A DNA stretch of 64,000 nucleotides from Nitrosopumilaceae archaeon (GTDB lineage Archaea; Thermoproteota; Nitrososphaeria; Nitrososphaerales; Nitrosopumilaceae), in NCBI GenBank assembly GCA_965214835.1, contig CBDCCK010000002.1, forward strand, positions 544,001-608,000. The letters run 5' to 3'. A model generated the notes under the pieces. It made no database searches. It saw only the letters and a list, made by a program, of their open reading frames with translations, and was not told the DNA's origin. Each line of letters opens with the position of its first letter. Positions within the stretch are counted from its first letter, which is position 1. A program made the translations under genes and the position numbers. Below are positions 49,625 through 58,716 of this stretch, piece after piece.

Positions 49625-50437
49625 TTAAGCTGACACTAGTTCAACTCTATCTTCAACAGCCTTTAGCAGATTAACAAACTGTGGGTGTTTCGTACTGGCA
49701 CTTCCAACAAGAACGCCATCAACACTGTCTTGTCTGAGATAATCACATACATTATCTTCATTTACACTGCCCCCATATAGTATACGGACGGCATCAGATG
49801 TAGGTTCGTCAAGAATATTATTCAAAATACGTCTTATAGATCCGTGTATTTTATTAACAGCACTGGCATCTGGAGGAGAGACCGGATTCTCAGAGCTTAT
49901 AGCCCATACAGGCTCATAAGCAATGCTTAGTCTACCTTTTACCAAATCAGAGGGCAAGTCTTCTAAGGTTTCTGCTAATTGATTTTCTAGAATCTTGATT
50001 GTTTTATTTTGATTCTTTTCTTCAAGATTTTCTCCAATACACAGGACTATTTTCAATTTAGATTGAGTTAATGTAGCTTTTACTTTGCCATGAATTAATT
50101 TGTTGGATTCATTTTTGTATTTACGTAACTCAGAGTGACCTAGAATAACATATGTACAACCAACATCATCTAACATTGCAGGTGCGATATGACCTGTATA
50201 TGCACCGTAGCCACTAGAATCAACGTCTTGTCCGCTTAATTCAATATTAGCTCCACTGATTGCGTTGGTTACAGGTATTAAGTGAAGAAACGATGGAGAC
50301 AATACTAATTCATAATCGTCTTTTTTTGTACTTTGTACATTACGCCAGTTAGCAATTTGTTTTGCAAGCTCTTTGGCCTTTGCAGTATTCAGATATGCTT
50401 TCCATGCACCTACTATAATTTTTTTACGTCCTGCCAT
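49625..50437 (-). CDS. Bacterial-type triosephosphate isomerase homolog (AT-rich, probably acquired)
   Basis: WK, GHSE, CIGE, AYEPVWAI, YGGSV, DGVLVG motifs; 270 aa. Confidence 0.85.
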   Translation of the reverse strand: MAGRKKIIVGAWKAYLNTAKAKELAKQIANWRNVQSTKKDDYELVLSPSFLHLIPVTNAISGANIELSGQDVDSSGYGAYTGHIAPAMLDDVGCTYVILGHSELRKYKNESNKLIHGKVKATLTQSKLKIVLCIGENLEEKNQNKTIKILENQLAETLEDLPSDLVKGRLSIAYEPVWAISSENPVSPPDASAVNKIHGSIRRILNNILDEPTSDAVRILYGGSVNEDNVCDYLRQDSVDGVLVGSASTKHPQFVNLLKAVEDRVELVSA

Positions 50438-50520
50438 CCAAACTACCTTGCTTATTTGATGTGAATCAAAGGCTGAATTGGGGATATATAATTTACGAGA
50501 AAGCCCATAGGCTGTGTATT

Positions 50521-51219
50521 AGACCTTGTGCGTAATCGCCGGGATCAAAAAACTCCGACATCACTTTGGCCTGGCATGCAAAGCCGGCAGCGCCACATGA
50601 TACGCATCGGGCCACTAGGGACCTCGTACCATGCAGTTATGAACACGTCTGGCTGACGAAAACTGCAGCATGGTGCGGCATCGTGTGGCGCCGCAATGCG
50701 CTCCGTATCGCAGTATCAGAACCCATGCATGAGCTTCTTGTTCCGTTTGTCCCACAGCAGCCTAAAGTTGGCAAGCCCGGCCGTCACCTGGAACTCCCGG
50801 TCAAACTCCTCGCAGTCCCGTCGTACGGGTCGCACATCCGCTTGTACTGCTTGATGCGCCCTATGGCGTGCTCGACTATGACCCTCTTGCTGCTCATCAT
50901 CTTGTTTTGTGCGCACTGCCTCTTTGTAAGCTTGCCCCCTTTGGCTTTTGTGGGGCTGCCGGGACGTGGTTCCCGGGTACAATTTTTCGATTTCCAGGTA
51001 TCCCAGATCCGTGAGCAGCTTTGCCTTCTCGTCCTCGGGGTGTTTCCTGTTGCTACGCATCCTGGCAGTCAGTATTCCCAGATTCGGTGGATTGTCCCGT
51101 ATCATGCGGAGGTCGTGCGTGCTTCCGGGCGCCGATGCGCTTGCGTATATCGTCAGTCCGTCCTTGTTGCCTCATCACCTGTGTGTTGCGCGTAAAGCTC
51201 TTCTTCTTGCCCGAGTATG
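50521..51219 (-). pseudogene. IS5-family (DDE_Tnp_4 / ISL2-like) transposase relic with one TIR
   Basis: YSGKKK..T.NTQV, DLGY, RVIVEHAIGRIK fragments lie in different frames; end AGACCTTGTGCGTAAT at 50521. Confidence 0.75.
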
Positions 51220-51326
51220 GTAACAGCTCGGGCTCTGGAAGTTCAGGCGTGGATTTTACCGCCAAAGAGACGTTCGCAGATGTAGTTCGTGCCTAAAATC
51301 GTAAATCACTAAGCCCAAGCTGCCAC
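51220..51326. mobile_element. MITE family A, copy 2
   Basis: GTAACAGCTCGGGCT...AGCCCAAGCTGCCAC; sits at the point where the IS5 relic is truncated. Confidence 0.75.
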
Positions 51327-51583
51327 CCGATAGGGCCCTGCGGATGTTTTTGTTTTGTGTATCGCTTGCAGATGCAACATATGGCTGACAAAGGGATTCT
51401 GACGATCCAGGGGAGTGCAACATGGCACTGGTGTGTCTCATGGCCGCGTATGTGCCGGCACTCTGTGCGCAGGATGCCTGCAGGTCTGGAGTAGGGCGGA
51501 GGCACGATCCCGGCTAGCGGGATTTGCGGGGTCATTTTCAACTAGTGTAAAAAGAAGAAAAAGGTGTGTGAAAAGACACAGGC

Positions 51584-51886
51584 CTATAGCGCTGCGTCTT
51601 CTGCCCAGCCGTTGACGAAGACACCGTTCTTGTGAAGAGGTACTGGTTGACCAGCAGTGTAGTTCATCGGTCTCATCCAGAAGATTGACTTTGTTGGGCA
51701 TACACCGATGCATGCACCATCAGAGATACATCTCTCCGGATAAAAGACGAATGCTTTACCTCTCTTCCAGCCTTCGACAGGTTTTACTCTAAGGACATCT
51801 GGACCAAGAGACGTACAGATTTCTACGCACAGTGCGCATCCGATACATCTTTGCTCATCAATGTCTGGAAGTATTGCGATTGGCAT
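51584..51886 (-). CDS. 4Fe-4S dicluster-type ferredoxin
   Basis: CIGCALCVEIC and CISDGACIGVCP. Confidence 0.92.
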   Translation of the reverse strand: MPIAILPDIDEQRCIGCALCVEICTSLGPDVLRVKPVEGWKRGKAFVFYPERCISDGACIGVCPTKSIFWMRPMNYTAGQPVPLHKNGVFVNGWAEDAAL

Positions 51887-52227
51887 TACGATTTGATCAA
51901 GGTAGGTTACTATTTAAACCATAATTGAAATCCATAACGGGGTTATAGGGAAAATCGGATCGGGCCGGCAGGCATTACGCAATAGCTAAAGACGCACCGC
52001 CGCCCCCCATGGCCCCCCCCCCCCCGGCTACCTCACGGAGCCTTTGGCGTGCAGAACCACGAAATGGGGCACGGTTCCGGATGCAAGAGTAAGATGTCTT
52101 TCAGATGCTGTGTCGCAAAAGTACGAGGTCACAGCTGCATGCAAGCTCATGCCTGAGTGGTCAAAGGGGTGACGGACATTATGCGTTGAAAATAATAAAA
52201 ACAAAAAAGAGACGTGGGTTTCACGTA

Positions 52228-52440
52228 TTACTTTCTCATTGCGTCGATCTGGCCCGAGGTCACCCAATCTAGTAACTCTGCGGATGATGGATTAAGATCA
52301 GCTTTTTCATTCATAAGATTCTGTACCCAAATCCAGTTTACCTGATTAAGAAGTGGTTTGTTTGCCTCGTCGCCTGCACGTGTCTTTGCAACTAGGGCTT
52401 GGTCTTGCTGACCCAGCCATTCTTGGAAGCTTCGTCCCAT
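52228..52440 (-). CDS. Small thaumarchaeal hypothetical protein
   Basis: 70-aa ORF with a TATA-like upstream sequence and a T-tract downstream. Confidence 0.7.
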   Translation of the reverse strand: MGRSFQEWLGQQDQALVAKTRAGDEANKPLLNQVNWIWVQNLMNEKADLNPSSAELLDWVTSGQIDAMRK

Positions 52441-52529
52441 GAAGATCGGATCTTAGATTACACTAATTAAAGCTTTTGTAGATTATAAATCACGTATAAT
52501 GATCGTATTTAACGTAAGAAGGTTTTAAG

Positions 52530-53819
52530 GTGAACCTGATACCAGACAGGACGTTGAAGGTAAACGTACTAGGTGCTGCAAACGAGGTAGGCAGGTCCGG
52601 CTTTTTGGTCAAGGACAAGGGCACGAACCTGCTGCTAGACTATGGCGTGCTGTTTGCAAGGAGGGGGGCCCCCCCAAAATATCCGCTGCATGTCAAGCCA
52701 AGAGACGTGGACTCTATCGTCATCACGCATGCCCACCTGGATCACTCTGGAAACGTCCCATCGCTGTTTGTCAGCGGCAGCACCCCCGTCTATGCGACCC
52801 CCCCGACACTTGACCTGAGCCAGCTGCTCATTGAGGACATGATCAAGATTGAAAAGAACTTTCATTCGTTTGATCTGCCGGAGGTAAACAACATGATGAG
52901 GAATTCAAAACCGATTGGTTTCGGGGAGAGGGTCAGGCGGGGCTCGATGTCCTTTGAGCTGAGGGAGTCAGGACACGTACTAGGCGGCAGCTCGGTGCTA
53001 GTCGAGTCCGAAGGAAGAAGGCTATTCTATACGGGGGACATCCATGTCAGGGGATCAAGAATGCTGAGGGAGGCAGACCTGGACGTGGGTGAGATCGACC
53101 TGCTGATTACAGAGAGCACCTACTCGCAGACAAAGCAGCCGCCCAGGGAGGAATCAGAGAGGGGCCTGATTGAGTTTGCAAACGAGGTGATGGACAGAAA
53201 GGGAATTCTGTTTGTCCCGTCGTTTTCGGTGGAGAGATCCCAGGAGATTGCCTGCATACTCAAGAACGCGAACTTTAAGCACAGGGTGTACATGGACGGG
53301 ATGGCACTGAAGGTAAATGACATCATGTTCAAGCACCCGCGGTACCTGAGGGATTCGAAGGTCTTTGCAGACGCGATCAAGGACTCCGTTGCAATCAGGA
53401 ATGACAAACAGCGCAAGAGATCCGTTGATGAGCCGTGCGTGATAATCTCGCCTGCAGGGATGCTTGTGGGTGGAAACGCGGTATTCTTCCTGCAACAGCT
53501 GGCGTTTGATAAGAAAAACGGAATCGCGCTGGTCTCGTACCAGGGGGAGGGAACGCCGGGCAAGATGCTACTTGATACGGGCAAGGTGGTGACCAAGGGA
53601 AAGGAGCGCAGGGCGGCAGCCGAGGTAAAGCAGTTCCAGTTTTCCGGACACTCGGACAGGACGGAGCTATTCGAGATGATAAGGTCAGTCAAGGGCAGTC
53701 CCAAGGTGCTCACGGTCCACGGGGATTCAGAGTCATGCACCAGGTTTGCAGAGGAAATCCATGAAAGGTTTGGCCTGGAGGCCCGCGCACCCAAGGTAAA
53801 CGAGACAGTAGCAGTCTGA
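52530..53819 (+). CDS. MBL/beta-CASP ribonuclease (aCPSF-like)
   Basis: EVGRS, THAHLDH, GHVLG, YTGD, ESTY, FSGH, VHG. Confidence 0.9.
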   Translation: MNLIPDRTLKVNVLGAANEVGRSGFLVKDKGTNLLLDYGVLFARRGAPPKYPLHVKPRDVDSIVITHAHLDHSGNVPSLFVSGSTPVYATPPTLDLSQLLIEDMIKIEKNFHSFDLPEVNNMMRNSKPIGFGERVRRGSMSFELRESGHVLGGSSVLVESEGRRLFYTGDIHVRGSRMLREADLDVGEIDLLITESTYSQTKQPPREESERGLIEFANEVMDRKGILFVPSFSVERSQEIACILKNANFKHRVYMDGMALKVNDIMFKHPRYLRDSKVFADAIKDSVAIRNDKQRKRSVDEPCVIISPAGMLVGGNAVFFLQQLAFDKKNGIALVSYQGEGTPGKMLLDTGKVVTKGKERRAAAEVKQFQFSGHSDRTELFEMIRSVKGSPKVLTVHGDSESCTRFAEEIHERFGLEARAPKVNETVAV

Positions 53820-53820
53820 G

Positions 53821-54651
53821 ATGCCCGAGGAGATCGACGTTTCGGATTCGGTGAACAGCGGCCAGGTATTCTTGTGGAAAAACGAGCGAGGCATCTGGCG
53901 CGGGATCAACGGGGGCGATGTGCTGGAGGCAGGCCAGGATGAGCCGTCGCTTGACGAGAGGGGCAGGGAGTTTTTCAGGCTGGATGACGACTATGAGGGG
54001 ATTCTAAGGGACATATCAAGGGATGGGCTGATCAGGAAAAGCGTAAGGAGGTACCGGGGCCTGCGGCTGCTGCGGCAGGATCCGTTTCAGTGCTACATAT
54101 CATTTATCGTATCGTCCAACTCCAACATACCAAACATCAGGACAAGGCTGGAGAGGCTGTGCAAAAAGTTCGGAAAAAGGGTCAGGATACGGCAGGACGG
54201 GTTTCATGTATTTCCAAGTCCGAGGAGGCTGGCCGGGGCATCCCAGGCAGAACTGCTAGAATGCGGGCTGGGATACAGGGCCGGGTTTGTAAAGGCCGCA
54301 TCAGAGAAGGTCCTTGAAAAACAAATCGATTTAGAGGATCTTGGAAAATCAGGATATCGGGAGGCAAGGGATGCACTGACTGCGGTTCCGGGGATAGGTG
54401 GCAAGGTGGCAGACTGCATCATGCTGTTCTCACTGGAGAAGCTAGACGCCTTTCCTCTGGATACCTGGATTCTAAAGGCCCTGAACAGGCACTACTCGGA
54501 AAGGTTCTCACTTGGCGGGAAAAGCCTGACTGCCAAGAGATACGAGGCAGTCCACGACGAAGTCGTCAGTCATTTTGGGGAATATTGCGGGTACTCGCAG
54601 CAGTTTTTGTTCAAGATGATGCGGGATCAAAGCCAGAGGAGATGGATGTGA
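53821..54651 (+). CDS. OGG1-type 8-oxoguanine DNA glycosylase
   Basis: LRQDP, GLGYRA, PGIGGKVADC HhH, FPLD. Confidence 0.88.
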   Translation: MPEEIDVSDSVNSGQVFLWKNERGIWRGINGGDVLEAGQDEPSLDERGREFFRLDDDYEGILRDISRDGLIRKSVRRYRGLRLLRQDPFQCYISFIVSSNSNIPNIRTRLERLCKKFGKRVRIRQDGFHVFPSPRRLAGASQAELLECGLGYRAGFVKAASEKVLEKQIDLEDLGKSGYREARDALTAVPGIGGKVADCIMLFSLEKLDAFPLDTWILKALNRHYSERFSLGGKSLTAKRYEAVHDEVVSHFGEYCGYSQQFLFKMMRDQSQRRWM

Positions 54652-55457
54652 TTCATCAACCATGTGAGGGGACCCTGTAGTGCATACAGCTGAAAATATA
54701 GTCTACTGCACAGCTCCGACTAGAGACCAGTAGATCCGCCCGTATCATGGCCGGTGCGCGGCTCCTACACGGCAGCCACCTCCCCTTCGATCCACTCGTC
54801 GTACAGCCGCATCCTCAACTCTGCCTCATGCACCATGCTTGTAAAGCCAGCTCGGGGGATGCTCTGAGGTACCTGTGTGTGATCTCAGGAGGCAGGAGAG
54901 CCTGCGGTGCCCCAAGAGCACGTCCGGCTGCGGCAGGAGGTGGCTCGCCGAGGTCGTGATGGTTCTCGAGTGGGCCAGCATGCCCCACTCACCGCCGCCG
55001 CCCTTGCCATCGGCAGTACAGTTTACCTGAAGGCGCACGTGTGGCTTTCGCGCTTGCTGTACTCCGACGTTGTAAAGCCATCTTTGCTTGCTGGCCAGCC
55101 ATGAAAGCCGCAGTCATGCATGCTAATTCGTGCCTGATTGGTATGGACAGGTGGCCTCGGGAGGCCCGTATTGTTTTCATTCTGCCTTCTATTCTAGCTG
55201 GCAGGTTCAGGCTCCAATCCCAACGGCGATAAAGACTCGTTTGAAAAATTCTGCTGCCCGGCAAGCTTGATTTTTGCAGCTCCGTCACCAACGGCTGGCT
55301 GCATCCTTTTGGCAGCAGGACGTCTAGAGAACCAAGCAGTCCCCCAAGGAGGCCTGGCCTTTTGCGGCGTCCTTACATTGCTCGTAATAGGTTAGCCCCT
55401 GCCTAGTTGATTTTTTCTGACCACCTGATCTATAAACTATCATTACCCGGGAAATAC

Positions 55458-57089
55458 ATGCCTACAGCCTCGGAATTCAAGGAACTATGCAATGAGCTTG
55501 CCCGCGAAAAAGCGGAACTTCAGAAGGAGCAGAAGGAACATCAGAGGACGCAAGGCAAGCTTCAGAAGGAGCAGAAGGAACATCAGAGGACGCAAGGCAA
55601 GCTTCAGAAGGAGCAGAAGGAACATCAGAGGACGCAAGGCAAGCTTCAGAAGGAGCAGAAGGAACATCAGAGGACGCAAGGCAAGCTTCAGAAGGAGCAG
55701 AAGGAACATCAGAGGACACGGGAGGAGCTTGCCGCTGAGAAGGCGGGACGCAAATCTGACAATGCCGTCTCTGCCGCGCAAATCGCGACGCAGACAGCAC
55801 AAATCAAGCAGTTCAAACAACGCATCACATATTATGAGAACCCGCACAGCCCCTCCTCGCAGAACTCGATTCCGACCAGGCAGAAAAAGGTAGCAGCCGC
55901 GGCAGGGGCATCTGGAAGGGCACCGGCAAGGCCGGGCCGCAGGCCCGGACACGAGGGCATATCACACAGGAGAACACCGACCCGGGAAATGAACCACGTG
56001 CCTGACATGTGCGGCGCGTGCAACGGGCGCGACCTGACAGATCCGGTTCCCGCCGGAACTAGGATGGCTACTGACATTCCAGAGATCCCAGAGCCGGTCA
56101 CGACCCAGCACTACTTTACCCGCCGCAAGTGCCGCAAGTGCGGCGCCACCACCACGACAAACGGGGGCGGGCTGGTCGTTCCGGGCACCGAGTTTGGACC
56201 CAACATTGCCTCCTATATCGGCACCCTGTACACCATGCCGGCATCCGTCGGCACGATCAGGCGCATCGTAAAGGAGATCTTTAAAATTGATGTAAGCAAG
56301 GCGATGATACAGAACTGCCTCAAGACCGTTACAAAGAAGCTTGATCCGTGCGTGGAGGACATCAAAAAAGACATTGCAGGATGCAACCACGTCCACATGG
56401 ACGAGACTGGGATGCCATACGACGGCAAGAGCGGCTACCTGTGGGTGGCAGTGGGCGTCAAGGACGGCAATGCCGTCGGCGCGCACATGGTGGCAACTGA
56501 CAGCAGGAGGGCATCCGTACTGGATGAGCACTTTTCATACGTGCCCAGAGTCGGGGTGACTGACGGATACCCCGGATACGACAAGTTCTTTGGCAGGAAC
56601 AGGCAGCGGTGCTGGGCCCACATAATCCGGGAGGCAGATGCCCAAAGCGAGAAAACGGACTCCCCGGAGGTTCGCGCCGCAGGCGAGCGCCTCAAGTGGC
56701 AGATGCATTGCGCCAAGGGGCCGGGGCCGCCGGAGGAGGCTGCCAGGCAGCACGACAGTCGGGTGGCAGAAACACGCGAGATTGCCGCCACATACAGGAA
56801 GGAAGGATGTGACAGCTGTGCCACAAAGATTGACAACGCCTCGGAGTTTCTCTACACGTTTACGACGCGTCCTGGGATGGATCCCACCAACAACCTGGCA
56901 GAGCGCACGCTGAGGCCCGGCGTGATCGCGCGCAAGATACGGTTCGGACTGCGGACAAAAGACGGACAGAAGATGTTCGGTAACATGTTGACGTGCATCG
57001 AGACATGGCGCCTCCGGGGGTGCAACGTTACGGACATGATCAGGGACGCGCTGGTCAGAAACCCCGGGTACGTGGTCGTCTGCCCCTAG
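55458..57089 (+). CDS. IS66 transposase (TnpC-like)
   Basis: Zn finger CGAC..CRKC; HMDETG, VTDGY, QRCWAH, TNNLAER. Confidence 0.93.
   Translation: MPTASEFKELCNELAREKAELQKEQKEHQRTQGKLQKEQKEHQRTQGKLQKEQKEHQRTQGKLQKEQKEHQRTQGKLQKEQKEHQRTREELAAEKAGRKSDNAVSAAQIATQTAQIKQFKQRITYYENPHSPSSQNSIPTRQKKVAAAAGASGRAPARPGRRPGHEGISHRRTPTREMNHVPDMCGACNGRDLTDPVPAGTRMATDIPEIPEPVTTQHYFTRRKCRKCGATTTTNGGGLVVPGTEFGPNIASYIGTLYTMPASVGTIRRIVKEIFKIDVSKAMIQNCLKTVTKKLDPCVEDIKKDIAGCNHVHMDETGMPYDGKSGYLWVAVGVKDGNAVGAHMVATDSRRASVLDEHFSYVPRVGVTDGYPGYDKFFGRNRQRCWAHIIREADAQSEKTDSPEVRAAGERLKWQMHCAKGPGPPEEAARQHDSRVAETREIAATYRKEGCDSCATKIDNASEFLYTFTTRPGMDPTNNLAERTLRPGVIARKIRFGLRTKDGQKMFGNMLTCIETWRLRGCNVTDMIRDALVRNPGYVVVCP
55518..55717 (+). 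repeat. Perfect 42-bp tandem repeat, 4 full copies plus 32 bp
   Basis: CTTCAGAAGGAGCAGAAGGAACATCAGAGGACGCAAGGCAAG encoding LQKEQKEHQRTQGK. Confidence 0.97.
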
Positions 57090-57225
57090 CAATCCTGCAC
57101 TAATCTGCCTGCAGTTGTGATTTTCATGCCTGAAAAGACGGTGGGTGTGACTTTAACTCTAGGCAGGGGCTAACCTATTACCATTGCTCTAAACCCTTAA
57201 AATGGCAGAGGCTTTCCCGATTCTT

Positions 57226-57303
57226 GGGCCCGTAGCTCAGCATGGATAGAGTGTTGGACTTCTAATCCAATGGTCAAGGGATCGAAGCCCTCCGGGCCCG
57301 CCA
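57226..57303 (+). tRNA. tRNA-Arg(TCT)
   Basis: GGGCCCG...CGGGCCC G CCA; anticodon arm TTGGA-CTTCTAA-TCCAA. Confidence 0.95.
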
Positions 57304-57394
57304 CCCACAAGTGACGAATACCGTGGTACGACAACCCTGCATGGGCAAGCCCCACAGCTTCAGACGCAGTCCGAGCATAAAAAAAGAATAACCT

Positions 57395-57504
57395 GTAGCA
57401 GCTCGGGCTTGAAGTGGCTTGCGATTTTAGGCACAAATTACATCTGCGAATGCTGGCTTTGGCGGTAAGGTTCACGCCTGAGCTTCCAGAGTCCGGCCTG
57501 CTAC
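57395..57504. mobile_element. MITE family A, copy 3 (inverted)
   Basis: Reverse complement aligns along the full length of 51220-51326. Confidence 0.75.
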
Positions 57505-57855
57505 CTTTTGTCCCGCTTCCAACCGGTGATCGGAACTATAGCGACGGTTACAGGTTTTTGAGTACATGCGGGTATAAACTACGCAGGATGCGCTTTTTGA
57601 TGATCAAGGACTTTCAATCGTCCCCTCCAGCGCCAGGTACATGTCCAGAAGGTAATGCAGGAGGCACTTTTGGCGCATGCAGCCTGATGTGGTTCCGCCA
57701 TTATTTGGCATAGACACTATGCTAGGATCGGCAGGATGCGTCCTGAGACATTCTGACGGCGTACGCCTCGCCGCTGCAGGCGCAACATTATACTGAGATC
57801 CCCTCACGCCCGTTTTTTGACAAAACTATTATGCCTAACAGTGCAGCTGCAGTCC

Positions 57856-58209
57856 ATGGGGGACATAGAGCTGGTGTTTGACTCTAGGGAGTTCAGGCCA
57901 AATACGGAGATCGTCGGCAGGGTTACGGTAGGCTTTCCGGGCAGGTACGACGGAGTGGTCATAAACTCCCAGATTCTGGACTCCAACGAGCTGATTACGT
58001 TCAAGGCCTACAACGGCAGGAGGATCTCCCGCAACGTGGCAAGGCTGTTTGTAGGCAGGGATGCCATGCCCGGCGGTGTCGTAGAGTTCACGTCGGCCTT
58101 TGAGTTCGAGCCGGAGGGGGAGCTGGAGGTCAAGTTCAGGGCATCCATAATAGAGCAGCACAAGGAGATCGAGAGCGCCGTCGTCTTTGGCAGGCTCCTA
58201 CCCTCTTGA
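57856..58209 (+). CDS. Hypothetical protein
   Basis: ORF with core-like composition, convergent with the cupredoxin gene. Confidence 0.65.
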   Translation: MGDIELVFDSREFRPNTEIVGRVTVGFPGRYDGVVINSQILDSNELITFKAYNGRRISRNVARLFVGRDAMPGGVVEFTSAFEFEPEGELEVKFRASIIEQHKEIESAVVFGRLLPS

Positions 58210-58665
58210 CTTTGTTATGGTAAGGGTTCCAGTCATCCACGGGTGCGGATCGCAGTGGTAGGGAATCACGCTCTCCTCGGTAAACAGGAACTCGTACTTC
58301 TCGCCGGCCAGCACCACCCCGTGGGAGCCGAACTCCCCGCTGTAGCCGTCCTTGTGCCTGTGATCGGGCGTGACGGTATGCGGGGTGCTGTCGTCGTTTA
58401 TCCACACCACGAGGTTGTTCTTGGTAAGCTCGATGTTGGGAAGCTTTGGCAGAAAGTTGTCCGCCTGGTTCGGATCGCCGGAGCCCATGATCATGATGAT
58501 CTCGGTCTTCCCCACAGGGTGTAAAATGTGCTCGCTTACCGACGGCTTTTCAAGGGACTCGGGCAGGTAAAACATCTGGTAGAAGACTATGCCGGCGCCG
58601 ACGGCTACAATTACGGCCAGAATTCCGACGCCGTACGCGTGGGTAGAGGTTTGCGCGGCACTCAT
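58198..58665 (-). CDS. Membrane-anchored plastocyanin-like blue copper protein (complex III partner)
   Basis: PHTVT and YHCDPHPWM type-1 Cu ligands; N-terminal TM. Confidence 0.9.
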   Translation of the reverse strand: MSAAQTSTHAYGVGILAVIVAVGAGIVFYQMFYLPESLEKPSVSEHILHPVGKTEIIMIMGSGDPNQADNFLPKLPNIELTKNNLVVWINDDSTPHTVTPDHRHKDGYSGEFGSHGVVLAGEKYEFLFTEESVIPYHCDPHPWMTGTLTITKSRG

Positions 58666-58716
58666 CTACCCCAAGACCCCTGTCCGCGTTTTATTAGTTT
58701 TGTTCAACTGTACTCC

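Larger units (their letters stand above)
55384..57181. mobile_element. Intact single-ORF IS66-family element
   Basis: Perfect 23-bp TIR GTAATAGGTTAGCCCCTGCCTAG (55384-55406 / 57159-57181); 8-bp TSD CATTGCTC (55376-55383 / 57182-57189). Confidence 0.95.

Noticed and set aside
52003-52025. Poly-C tract as a phase-variation switch
   Set aside because: Intergenic, over 100 bp from the ferredoxin start, with no evident target; homopolymer length is unreliable.
52143-52172. tRNA-like fragment ATGCCTGAGTGGTCAAAGGGG
   Set aside because: Resembles a D-arm only; no anticodon or T arm and no matching att partner seen.
55518-55717. Possible CRISPR array
   Set aside because: Units are contiguous and identical with no spacers; in frame within the transposase.
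57530-57713. IS1-like relic (YSDGY ... FRHYLA)
   Set aside because: Two short motifs with no supporting context or IS ends.
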